Part shown: positions 13,162 through 24,943 of the stretch, piece by piece
How positions within the stretch are numbered: the first letter of the stretch is position 1
How the letters are laid out: each line of letters starts with the position of its first letter
Position numbers and translations under genes: made by a program
The notes under the pieces: model-generated
The model's input: the letters and a program-made list of their open reading frames with translations, nothing else
The model's database searches: none
Told to the model about the DNA's origin: nothing
Source: Octopus vulgaris
Taxonomy: Eukaryota
NCBI GenBank assembly: GCA_951406725.2
Contig: OX597829.1
Location: 12,710,001 to 12,774,000, forward strand
Direction: 5' to 3'
DNA length: 64,000 nucleotides

Positions 13162-14959
13162 CATACATACATACAAACATACATACATGTATACGAACAC
13201 ACACATATGTATACATACACATATAAATACACACACACACACATATATATATATATATTTATATATGCATACATACAAATTATATATATATACAACAATT
13301 AAGAAAACGGAGAGGATATAAAATCGACAAACATCAGCCGGTAAACATTCAATTATGTCTATTTATTCAATTGTATTGGATGAATACACACGCATGTATG
13401 AGTGATCCAGATTAACGAGTAGAAAAAGCTGATAACTGCATAGACAATGGAGTGAATGCATACAAGTACATGGAAACAAATGAGCAAAAATATAAATGGG
13501 TGTGCAGGTACTAGTTCCTTAAGGTCTTTTCTGCCAAGAGGCAACAAAATCTTCCAGGTTATCTCCATCACTTCAATGTTATGCAGGGATGAAGAGGCAA
13601 GGCTTGGATAACGGATGTGCCCTTATACAATGCTATAAAGTGCCAAATTGCTCTCGTAAAGAGTGGCAAAAAACCTGAAGGATCCAACCAGAGATTTCAT
13701 TAATCGTAAAATAGTTGGCAGGTGGCTAACACATATAAAAGTCAGCTAAGAATAGATAACGCGTGCTTATCCTTTTAAATAAAGTAAGAATAAGAATGAG
13801 AGGAAACAGAAGAATACAAGTGAAATACAACAGAGTACACTAATGTGGGTATAGTAAGGGGAAATAAGGTACAGATTTCCCATAAAGTATTTATAAAATC
13901 CACAGTATTTCATCCAGTGATGGGTTGGTGACTATAGACATTTTCAGGAGGAATTTTTCAGGAGATATAATTTTAGGCAGCAGTTCACATTGTGTTTCCA
14001 TAGAAGTTTAGTGGTGGGTTTGATGGTATGGTCCGTGTTACAGGAGTGAAAGCCTATATGTAAAATGCCAGTTAGTAGGTGTAACATTGCAGAGCATAAG
14101 CAACTTATAATGAACCCATCATTGGGAAATTTAGTACATGAGTGTATCAATGAGAGAAAACTAGGTGAGGCTAAGATATGATGTTATTGTCCGTAACACA
14201 TTAGCCGATCAACTAATCCCGAAAGCTCTATGTGTAGTGGGGTGGGGTCATGGTCAGTCTCACAACCCAATTTAAAAACAATGGCCTGGTTCAGGTTCTT
14301 TGATGGCTATCCATTAAATCAAAAGCCAGCAGGACAAGTAAACGAACAAAATAAAACAAATAAAACAAATAAAAGAAGTAAAACAACTAAAGCAACTAAA
14401 ACCATGGGACGAGAATCATATAGAACAAAGTATATATAAACATATAAATAAATAAACAAATAAATAACTGTACGAACATAACAGTAATAACAGTAATAAC
14501 AGTAATAACAATACAATCGTAAGAACGGTAATGACAATAACAATAATAGAATTATGGGGGCTTTCGGGCAAAATTTCCCTTGGGATTACTAACGGTGGAA
14601 TTTGTAGTGAATGCGAATAGTGTTTACTTTTAGTATATCTTGGGTAACGTTTCTAATTAGCGATTATTTTTGTAAACAAATAAACAAATAAACAAAACAA
14701 GTAAAAAAGAACGTAGGGATAAGAAACAGATCAGGTAGGATAAATTAATTGTATATATATGTGAGAGTATTTATAAGTACGATTTTAAGCATTAATAAAT
14801 AACAACAACAACAATAATATAAGTGTGTTCTTGTTACTTTTGGTTTAGGAGGCTATCTATCGAAGGAGTGACTAATACTAGTTGATAGTATTTTCATTAT
14901 AATATATATATAATATATATATATTTATCCTTGTTCTTAGTGCAAGTTTTGAACAGTGC

Positions 14960-15470
14960 AGTTATTTTTTCAAAGCTATAATGAAAGTAACAAAGGCGTG
15001 TATTCGGTATATTTTGCTTTATGAGTTCAATAAAGACAACAACGCAACGGAATGTGCGGGGAATATTAATACAGTATATGGAAAACGGACAATAAGCGTA
15101 AACCTGTGGTTTCACAAATTCTGAGCTGGAAACCACACCCTAAAAGATGAACCTCGTCTTGGAAGATATGTAGTGCTTGACGAGAATGGTGGAATAAAAA
15201 AATCCCGTAGTAATTGCTGAAGAACTAGCAGAGAAGCTTAGGCTTGGTCATTCAGTTATTCATCGACAACCGCGTGCCAACAGAAAAGTCTGCAAATTGG
15301 ATCAATGGCCTACTCACAAACGTCCCGAGTCTAATCGCGCGCAGAGAGTGAATGTATGCTCTTCTTTGCTGTCACGTCTCATAAATACACCTTTTGTGGA
15401 CCGAATAGTGGCTGGTGACAAGAAGTGGGTTCTCTATAAAAATGTCAAACGCCGAAGACTGGATAGGGAA
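14960..15470 (+). mobile_element. Decayed mariner transposase 5' fragment
   Basis: ILLYEFNK HTH region and DRIVAGDKKWVLYKN (first catalytic D). Similar to 41880-43165. Confidence 0.8.
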
Positions 15471-15479
15471 AAAAGAAAC

Positions 15480-15551
<72 letters not shown>

Positions 15552-15553
<2 letters not shown>

Positions 15554-16288
15554 AGAAAAAAGCAACAAAAATGGATCAGTAATTCGGTACAATTGTTTCA
15601 TACGAAGACCAGCTTTATTAAGGCTACAAATATTGCAGCAAATACAAGTGACCCGTACTCATCAGCCGAAAACACATCTGGGTTCTCCAAACATCTAAGG
15701 GGGTGATACTACACTCATGAAACATCAGGGATAGTTCTATAAAAATCAGATTTAGATAGTAAACGGTCTTCCAAAGTCCTCTAATGTTGCACTGTCATAT
15801 AACAGGTCTTAAAGTATTTTAAAAAACCTGTTAGTTCCACAGAAAATGAAAATGTAAATCCATCCATAATGAAGTAGGTTTGATTTCTGGAGATATGAGG
15901 AGAGATTTCATACTCACAGACGATGAATTTATCCATAATTAGTCTATAATAAAGTGGGTTTCCTGATGTATGATGATATACTGGTTACACTTCTGTTCAT
16001 TTCTCAAAACTGCTATGTTAGAATTCTATTAGTTGAAGGAAATTTAGTGGAGCGTAGAGACAATCACTCACATAGGGTATTATGGGGTAACTGAGAGGAA
16101 AAGGGGTTGTAAATATACAACTACACAGAATAGTCTATTTCAGTGGAGACAGACAGACTGGTTCAGAATTTTATAGAACTATCCCTGATGTTTCATGAGT
16201 GTAGCCTCACCCCCTTAGATGTTTGGAGAACTCAGATGTGTTTTCGGCTGATGAGTATGGGTCACTTGTATTTGCTGCAATATTTGTA
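15552..16288 (-). mobile_element. Non-autonomous PLE-like element with inverted partial pLTR
   Basis: 3' end abuts (TA)n and there is an HHR at 15583-15670. ~16168-16288 is the inverted copy of ~15625-15745. Second copy at 36933-37520. Confidence 0.7.
15583..15670 (-). ncRNA. Intact type I hammerhead ribozyme
   Basis: rc: ttcgg-CTGATGA-gtacg...cgtat-GAAA-c(AATT)g-TA-ccgaa. Confidence 0.85.
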
Positions 16289-16300
16289 TTGCGGGAAGGA

Positions 16301-16378
16301 CTGTTTCATGAAGTCACGTCTTGTCCTTACCTTCGAAACACTGAGTAGACGAAACAGGGACAACTGAAGAAGGAGAAT
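16301..16378 (+). ncRNA. Non-circularly permuted hammerhead-like motif, copy B
   Basis: tcacg-TC-ttgtcc-ttaccttc-GAAA-cactg-agtag...ggacaa-CTGAAGA-ag-gag. Core intact, helix III eroded. Confidence 0.6.
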
Positions 16379-16663
16379 ATTCCTTGTGTTGTATGTCTTG
16401 TACTCTTTTTTTTTTCGTTGTTTGAAAAAAGTTCGTTTCTATGTTTTTGTTTTTATGTTTTCTTTTCTCATTGAGTTCCATATTTTTTCATGTCCTGTAC
16501 CCATATATGCATGTATATATACATATACATGTAGGTATGTACACATATGTATGCATAAATGCCTATATTTATATATTATTTATATTATTATATGATCGAA
16601 CGCCACGCATCCTTTTCCAAGTAAGTTTTATCTATTTCTCTCTCTCTCTCTCTCTCTCTCTAC

Positions 16664-17168
16664 ACTTTTACTCTTTTACTTGTTTCAGTCATTTGACTGC
16701 GGCCATGCTGGAGCACCGCCTTTAATGGAGCAACTCGACCCCGGTACTTATTCTATGTAAGCCCAGTACTTATTCTATCGGTCTCTTTTGCCGAACCGCT
16801 AAGTAACGGGGACACACCAGCATCGGTTGTCAAGCAATGCTAGGGGGACAAACACAAACATACACACATACATATATACATATATATACATATATACGAC
16901 GGGCTTCTTTCAGTTTCCGTCTACCAAATCCACTCACAAGGCTTTGGTCGGTCCGAGGATATAGCAGAAGACACTTGTCCAAGGTGCCACGCAGTGGGAC
17001 TGAACCCGGAACCATGTGGTTGGTAAACAAGCTACTTACCAAACAGGCAAAGGACTAGCTGTGTGGTAAGTAGCTTGCTTGCCAACCAAATGGTTACGGG
17101 TTCAGTCCCACTTCGTGGCATCTTGGGCAAGTGTCTCCTACTATAGCTTTGGGCTGACCAAAGCCTTT
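16664..17168. mobile_element. tRNA-derived SINE (-, 16664-17048) head-to-head with a SINE 5' fragment (+, 17052-17168)
   Basis: Same family as 18588-19002. A box (TAGCTGTGTGG) and B box (GGTTCAGTCC) visible in the plus fragment. Confidence 0.85.
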
Positions 17169-17493
17169 TGCGGAGGGTCAGAAAAATATTTGGTAACAAA
17201 AACAGGACAGTGGAGACTTAGAACAAACCAATCGAAAATAAACATGGCGGCCGTTAGGCCAGACGAGGCAAGGCAGTGAACGCCGGGGGAATATTATCTT
17301 TGACAAGGGAGAAGATAGAAGACGAGGCAGATAAATATGCGTCTGATCTGTAACACAGACTGAAAGAAAAGAAAGATGGATGATGGACGGTTCTCCATAT
17401 TTGTTTTCCTGTGGTTGTTGTATGTCTCCACTGTGCTGTTACAAACTTTGACCCTCCGCAAATCCCAAATTATATTATGGTTCGCGGTAGCAA

Positions 17494-17574
17494 CTGCCTT
17501 TCGAAGCCTCATAATGTCATTAAATGATCGAAATGAGGAGTAGAAAGACAGCCGACAACTGATGAAGGGTCGTT
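17494..17574 (+). ncRNA. Non-circularly permuted hammerhead-like motif, copy C (best preserved)
   Basis: ctgcctttc-GAAG-cctca-TA-atgtc..aatgatc-GAAA-tgagg-AGTA-gaaagacag-ccgacaa-CTGATGA-ag-ggtcgtt. Confidence 0.65.
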
Positions 17575-17750
17575 CTCTATGATTCTTGTCTTGTTTTCCA
17601 TTTGTTTCTCTCGTTCTTTGTATACCCATGTTTGTCTTCATATTTCATATTGTTTTCATATTACATGTTCAGGTTTTGTGATGTCCTGTACTCATATATG
17701 CATATATTTACATATATATGTATGCATATACATGTATGTATGTATATATG

Positions 17751-17803
<53 letters not shown>

Positions 17804-18345
17804 TATTTATATTATTATATGATTGAACGCCACACACCCATTTCCAAGTAAGTTTATCTTAATAATTTTGATGCGGATCTACCCTGTACTGTTATCTCTC
17901 TCCCTCTTTCGTTTTCTGTCCCTTCTTTTCTCTTATTTCTTTTTCTCCCCTTCTCCCCTTTTCGTTTTTTCTCTCATCCTTTCTCTAATTCTTATTTCTG
18001 CCCTTCACCGTTTTCTGTCTGTCCGTCTGTCTCTCTCCCTCTTTCTCCTTTACTCTCTCTCTCGTTGCTCACACGTGACCATCGTCCATCTGTCTTTTCC
18101 TCACGTGATCATGCTTCTTTTCTTTCAGCCTGCCTTACAGACCAGACGCAGTCTTATCTGTCATGCCTTCTATCTTCTCTCATGTTAAAGACAATATTCT
18201 TCCGGCTTTCGTTGCATTGTCTTGTCTGGCGTAACGTCTCTCCATGTTTGTTTTCGTTTGCTTTGTTCTGTCTCCACTGTCCTGTTTTTGTTACCAACTT
18301 TCACCCTCCGCGAATTCCAAATTTTATTCTGTTTCGCGGGAGCAA

Positions 18346-18426
18346 CTGCCATTCGAAGCCTCATGTTGTCGATAATTGCTCGAAATGAGGAGCAGATGGA
18401 CAGCCGACAACTGACGAAGGATCGTT
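18346..18426 (+). ncRNA. Non-circularly permuted hammerhead-like motif, copy D (H17 = G)
   Basis: cctca-TG-ttgtcg..ctc-GAAA-tgagg...cgacaa-CTGACGA-ag-gatcgtt. Confidence 0.6.
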
Positions 18427-18587
18427 GTTTATGTTTCTTGTCTTGTTTTCCATTTGTTTCTCTTGTTCGCATACCCAAGTTTGTCCTCGTATTTCATGAT
18501 GTTTACGTTTTGTGATGTCCTCTACCCATATATGCATATATATATACATATATATGTATGTATCTACATATATGTATATATGCGTAT

Positions 18588-19002
18588 CTCTTTTACTCTT
18601 TTACTCTTTTACTTGTTTCAGTCATTTGACTGCGGCCATGCTGGAGCACCGCCTTTAATCGAGCAACTCGACCCCGGGACTTATTCTTTTGTAAGCCCAG
18701 TACTTATTCTATCGGTCTCTTTTGCCGAACCGCTAAGTAACGTGAACATAAGCACACCAGCATCGGTTGTCAAGCAATGCTAGGGGGACAAACACAGACA
18801 CACAAACACACACACGCATATATATATATATATATATATACGACGGGTCTTTTCAGTTTCCGTCTACTAAATCCACTCAGAAGGCTTTGGTCGGCCCGAG
18901 GCTATAGTAGAAGACACTTGCCCAAGGTGCCACGCAGTGGGACTGAACCCGGAACCATGTGGTTGGTAAACAAGCTACTTACCACACAGCCACTCCTGCG
19001 CC
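18588..19002 (-). mobile_element. Full-length tRNA-derived SINE
   Basis: rc head ggcgcaggagTGGCTGTGTGGtaag...GGTTCAGTCC, then ccttgggcaagt, an internal (TG)/(TA) tract and an (AGTAAAAG)n tail. Confidence 0.9.
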
Positions 19003-19040
19003 TATGTACATATATATATATATATATGTATTATTTATAT

Positions 19041-19095
<55 letters not shown>

Positions 19096-19505
19096 TCTAT
19101 ATATAAAACTGAAATGCGTTTTTACCGCTTGGATCGCTTTCAATGCCACTACATCCCGTCCGATTCGCTCCAAAATTTACAGGGACATGTAGAATGAGGT
19201 GACGATGCTCGTGGGCTACCTTAGAAATCGCTATCTTAAAAAGTGTGGTTGCTAGGGTCCATCTTCCTCACTCACCCTATTTCCTCCAGTCCCCTCTCAA
19301 TCCTCTTCATCTGACAAGTCCACTCCCGTTATTTAATGTAAAGTCTTCCTCAAATCACTCTCTCGCTATTTCCTCTCTTCCAAGAACATTTTCACTCACT
19401 CTATCTCTTAGCTTCCCATACATTTTACTCATGTATCTATCTGCGTTCATAGACAGAAACAAATATTACATCGCCATCGCCATCGCATTCTATTGTCTAC
19501 CTGTC

Positions 19506-19561
<56 letters not shown>

Positions 19562-20289
19562 CATATATCTAATATATTTTTATTTTTATGTTTTTGTTTT
19601 TGGTTTTTTACTGTTTCATTTCCCTACTAGTGGTTTTATCTCTAATTTAATTTCTACAGCGTGCACACACACACACACACCTATATGTGGCCTCAGTAGA
19701 CCCGGATGAAATCGGGTTCTCTTCATCAAAATGTGAAAAGGGGTCTAGAATTATCATCGCCACAACTTATGTATATGTCTTCCTCACTCACTCACTCTTT
19801 TTCCTAATGATAATTATCATCGCCACCACCACCAACACACAATCATGACAATCTTTCTCTTAAAACAAATCATGTTTACATTGCAAAATATTTCATTTTC
19901 CCGTCCTCTCTTTCATATATCACCTTTTATTTCTCGAGCTCTCTCTTTTTTCGCCGTCTCTATTTATTCTACAACGAGTCTATCAATGACAGGCGCAAAA
20001 GTTTCAATATTCCTACTTCACCTCTTTCAGAAACGCAACAGATATTATTTTTTTTTGCCGGGGTTAAAGCCCACTACATCCCGTCGGATTCACTCCAAAA
20101 TTTACACATTTTCTTTCTACCTCTAACTCCACTTCAATTTCTCTTTATCTCCATTCATAAAGATAATTATCATCGCCTCCACCACCACCACCACCAACAC
20201 ACAATCTGGACAATCTTTCTCTTAAAACAAATCATGTTTACATTGCAACGACGTCTGCCACCTCCGCCGTCTCTATTTATGCCTGGATC

Positions 20290-22694
20290 GCTCCATTCAA
20301 CCCTTTGCTTTCCAAAACATTTAATGCACACATTAATGTTGAGTACTGCATTTCGGTGAGATTCATACAATACCTCTGCAAGTACATTAATAAGGGCGAT
20401 GATATGGCCGTGTTTGTGTTCAGTGATGAAGACCTTAGACATGACGAAATTAAACAATTCGTTTTGGGTAGGTATGTATCCTCCAATTATGCAGCGTGGC
20501 GCATTTTTGGATACGAGATTCATCTAAGCTCACCATCAGTTTTCCACCTGAATGTTCATTTACAGAAGAGACAGCTGGTTTACTTCACAGAGAAAAATGC
20601 ACGTCAAGTCATTGAAAATCCAAAAGGGACTACGCTTACAGCATTTTTTAAATTGTGTTCAGTTGATGAGTTTGCTGCTACTCTCATTTACCCTGAAGTA
20701 CCGGAATATTACACATACAACAACAATAATTGGAAGCGCAGGTCACATGGAACAGAACTTGACAATTAGCCCGGTGTTTCTAGGAAGAACGTCATTGGGC
20801 GTGTGTATAATATTCATCCTACCAAACAGGATATCTCTTTGAGAATGCTACTTCATGTAGTTACTGGACCGAAGTCTTTTGCTGATCTTCGCACGGATGA
20901 TGGTATCATCTGCGCCACTTACAGGGAAGCATGTTTGAGGCGCGGACTTCTTCTCAATGACGACCACTTACACAGGACATTAGCAGAGGCCTCAAATTGT
21001 AAACTGCCATGGCAAATGCGTCGATTTTTTTGTAGCATATTAATCCACTGTAATCCCAGCAACCCTCTTAACCTTTGGGAATCGTTCAGACAGAGCCTAT
21101 CAAAGGACATACAGGCTAATTTAGCGCTACGTGATGGCAACGACGATGTTTATAATGAGGCATTAATCGACATGGACAGACACATCAGACGCTATGTTAT
21201 ACGCGGTTTAAGTGAATTCCATCTGCCAACACCTGCCCATCATGAAGCGCTTTTGGATGTTGAATACATGTCAGAAAAAAACTACAACATTGCCGAATTG
21301 ACGGAAACAATTACGCGAGATAAACCAAGACATTTGCCTGAACAAAGAGAGATTTATAATGAAATTATTGACAGCGTTAGATTGAACCAAGGAAAGCTTT
21401 TCTTTTTGAATGCTCCAGGTGGTACTGGTAAAACTTTCGTTATCAATTTGATTCTCGCAAAGCTGCGCGCTGAACGTCGAATTGCCATTGCATGTGCCTC
21501 AAGTGGTATTGCAGCGACACTGCTTCAAGGCGGCCGTACGGTACATAGTGCATTCAAATTGCCCATGGACATTGGAAAGAAAGATAATCCTATATGTAAT
21601 ATAGATCGTAGTTCCTCAAGGCAAGACTTCTTCGTGAATGCAGTCTTTTTATTTGGGATGAGGCTACAATGAGTAATAAGGCCATGTTTGCGGCTCTTGA
21701 CAGAACTCTCCAAGATTTGCGTCACAATACAAAAATAATGGGTGGAGCTACGTTTCTCATGGCAGGAGATTTTCGACAAATTCTTCCTGTTGTCCGAGCA
21801 GGCACTAGAGCCGATGAGGTTAATGCATGTATAAAGCATTCTTATGTGTGGCACAGTGTTATCAGTCGCCATCTTCAAACAAACATGAGAGTCCACCTAC
21901 ATGGTGATGTGGAGTCTGAGGCTTTCGGAAAACACCTATTAGATCTTGGTGATGGAGTTTTGCCTTTCGTTGATGATGAGCATATTCGGTTGCCTTTTGG
22001 GAATTTCGTTCCAAATGTAGAACTTATAAGAGCCGTTTTACCTGACGTCGAAACCAACTTCCAGGATCTCGATTGGCTAAGAGCAAGACCTATTCTATCA
22101 CCTCATAATACAACAGCTGATGCTACAAATAAACAAGTACTCGATATGATTCCTGGTGAGATAGTTTCTTTCATGTCCATCGATACAAATAAAGATGAGA
22201 ATGATGCAGTCAAATATCCACTCGAGCTACTCAACAAGCTAACACCTCCGGGACTTCCACCTCATCATTTGTGTTTGAAAGTTGGTGCTCCAATCATGGT
22301 GCTTAGAAATATGGAAACGCCTGAAATATGCAATGGAACCCGAATGGTTATAAGGAGGATTCAAAGCCATGTTATAACTGCTAAAATTTTGAGTGGACCA
22401 TTTGTAGGAACAATCAAAATGATACATGAAATGAGTATTTCACCCTCTGATGTTCTCATTCAGTTTAAACGCTTTCCATTTCCAATAAAACTATGCTTCG
22501 CGATGACAATCAACAAGTCACAGGGACAATCACTGGACATTGTAGGCATTAACCTGTCACAACCGGTTTTCAGTCATGGTCAATTGTACGTAGCCTGTTC
22601 TCGAGTTGGAAATCCACATAAACTCTTCATTCTTGGCAATTATGAGCGCACAAGGAACGTGGTTTATCAGGAGGCTCTGACAAAAGAAAACTGA
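20290..22694 (+). pseudogene. Helitron RepHel remnant (PIF1-family helicase; Rep N-terminus deleted)
   Basis: YLCKYINKGDD, GRYVSSNYAAWRIF, Walker A APGGTGKT, GDFRQILPV, FAMTINKSQGQSL, VFSHGQLYVACSRV. Split into three ORFs. Confidence 0.92.
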
Positions 22695-23941
22695 TTGTAA
22701 GTCATGGAATTTTGCTTGATTTTTTATTTTGCACCTCTTCATTATCTCTTCATTCTTGAAAATAAAGACATTAAAAAGAACATGGTTCATAAAGAACATT
22801 GGGTTCAGATGTTTGCAAACATTTGATCCAACTCATTCTCTTTATTCCTCATTTTCCGATTCCTTCTACGTCTCCATTAAACGGTTTTGTCAAGTTATTG
22901 TTTCTTCGCTAACATAAGACATTCATAAAGTGAATGAGTTGTTAATTACATTTTATACACTATTCCATTGTTTAGGTGGTGTCGAAAGGACTGGCATGTG
23001 TCACCATATAAACTCTCTCAGTCAAACTCCCAACTCATGAGTTCACGTCGTGATACTCTTTCTACAAAACTGAGCTGGGTGTGAATTCTAATTTCATTCA
23101 CTATTACAGATGTGAGTTTACATTCTGCCTTTTTTGGTTTAAACTATCTTTCTACAGGTTAAAAAACTTCTTTTTTTTAGAGTTCTCTACAATATTCGCC
23201 ACCGAAATTCCATTTTTCACTTTTATGATTATACCCAGAGTGCTCTAATCGAATATGAACTGTCTTCCCATTGGCAGACGTTTGTCTTTTTTTATTTTTG
23301 AAACAAACACATTGCCTCTTTCGTTTTAAAACATTAAAACAATACTACCTAAATACATTGGTCCAACAAACAAAACATCCAACACTCTCATTCTTTTATG
23401 TATCTGTCTTCTTCCATCACTCACTCACTTTTCTCCCTTCCTTTCACTTTCTATCTATAACGTCGTTTCACAACGTTATCCCCCCTCCCTGCCTTCCACA
23501 GCGCTTTCACACACTCTCACTCGCTACGTCTGTCTGCATTCATAGAGAGAATTATCATCGCCACCACCACCACTCAATCATGACAACAAATACTATGAAT
23601 CAGATATTTATTGGGTTAATTTATATGTGTGTGTGTGTGTGTATCTATATATAAATATGTATATATAATAATTTTTATATATACAAAGTGCATATATCTG
23701 TATTTATATATATATATATATATATAGCAATAATAATTCTCTAAAAGGGATATAGACAGTAACTGCTCGATAACATAAGGGACTAAAGCCATCTGAATAT
23801 GGCTAGGGACAGGGCAGGGTGGTGGGGGTGTTACTGTTGCATTTAGCCCCAGGCGAACATCGACGTCACCAGAAAGGCTCGACACCGTCACGGTGCCCTA
23901 AACCTGCAAAGGGAGGTAATTCCCCGATGAAGCGGAAACCA

Positions 23942-23987
23942 CACACGGACCATGGTTTCAAGGTGTATTGCCTATCATCGGCGTGTG
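23942..23987 (-). ncRNA. Type I HHR of the array, minus copy (second at 24301-24346)
   Basis: Reverse complement of 24898-24943. Confidence 0.8.
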
Positions 23988-24897
23988 GTAGGCCTCCGCT
24001 TCCTCGACGAATTCTCACTCTGCAGGATTTTCTTATATAGATTTTCAAGCAAAATACATTTGCTGATTTCGAAAATCTGTTCGAAAGCAATAATAATTCT
24101 CTAAAAGGGATATAGACAGTAACTGCTCGATAACATAAGGGACTAAAGCCATCTGAATATGGCTAGGGACAGGGCAGGGTGGTGGGGGTGTTACTGTTGC
24201 ATTTAGCCCCAGGCGAACATCGACGTCACCAGAAAGGCTCGACACCGTCACGGTGCCCTAAACCTGCAAAGGAGGTAATTCCCCGATGAAGCGGAAACCA
24301 CACACGGACCATGGTTTCAAGGTGTATTGCCTATCATCGGCGTGTGGTAGGCCTCCGCTTCCTCGACGAATTCTCACTCTGCAGGATTTTCTTATATAGA
24401 TTTTCAAGCAAAATACATTTGCTGATTTCGAAAATCTGTTCGAAAGCAATAATAATTCTCTAAAAGGGATATAGACAGTAACTGCTCGATAACATAAGGG
24501 ACTAAAGCCATCTGAATATGGCTAGGGACAGGGCAGGGTGGTGGGGGTGTTACTGTTGCATTTAGCCCCAGGCGAACATCGACGTCACCAGAAAGGCTCG
24601 ACACCGTCACCTCCCTTTGCAGGTTTAGGGCACCGTGACGGTGTCGAGCCTTTCTGGTGACGTCGATGTTCGCCTGGGGCTAAATGCAACAGTAACACCC
24701 CACCACCCTGCCCTGTCCCTAGCCATATTCAGATGGCTTTAGTCCCTTATGTTATCGAGCAGTTACTGTCTATATCCCTTTTAGAGAATTATTATTGCTT
24801 TCGAACAGATTTTCGAAATCAGCAAATGTATTTTGCTTGAAAATCTATATAAGAAAATCCTGCAGAGTGAGAATTCGTCGAGGAAGCGGAGGCCTAC

Positions 24898-24943
24898 CAC
24901 ACGCCGATGATAGGCAATACACCTTGAAACCATGGTCCGTGTG
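24898..24943 (+). ncRNA. Type I HHR of the array. Cores at 24904, 25264, 25624, 25984, 26344, 26704, 27064, 27424, 27783, 28143, 28503, 28863, 29223; mutated at 29583
   Basis: cacacg-CCGATGA-t-agg(caataca)cct-t-GAAA-c(CATG)g-TC-cgtgtg. Predicted cleavage after C24937. U4C core variant. Helix I extends over 24859-24982. Confidence 0.82.

Larger units (their letters stand above)
17170..18587 (+). repeat. Permuted-HHR carrier repeat: inverted fragment (17170-17395) followed by two tandem units
   Basis: 17425-17760 resembles 18270-18587. 17170-17395 is the reverse complement of ~18085-18312. Confidence 0.8.

Noticed and set aside
20305-22694. Host PIF1 gene
   Set aside because: Intronless, disrupted, preceded by Helitron Rep-linked motifs and bounded by Helitron termini.
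23924-23955. Opposite-polarity HHR in the array (CCGATGA-agcg-GAAA-cc..gg-AC)
   Set aside because: No helix II, no UH and no helix I. It is simply the complement of the anti-core strand.
24611-24700. Twister or HDV-like ribozyme in the rest of the unit
   Set aside because: Could not assemble the required pseudoknots by eye.
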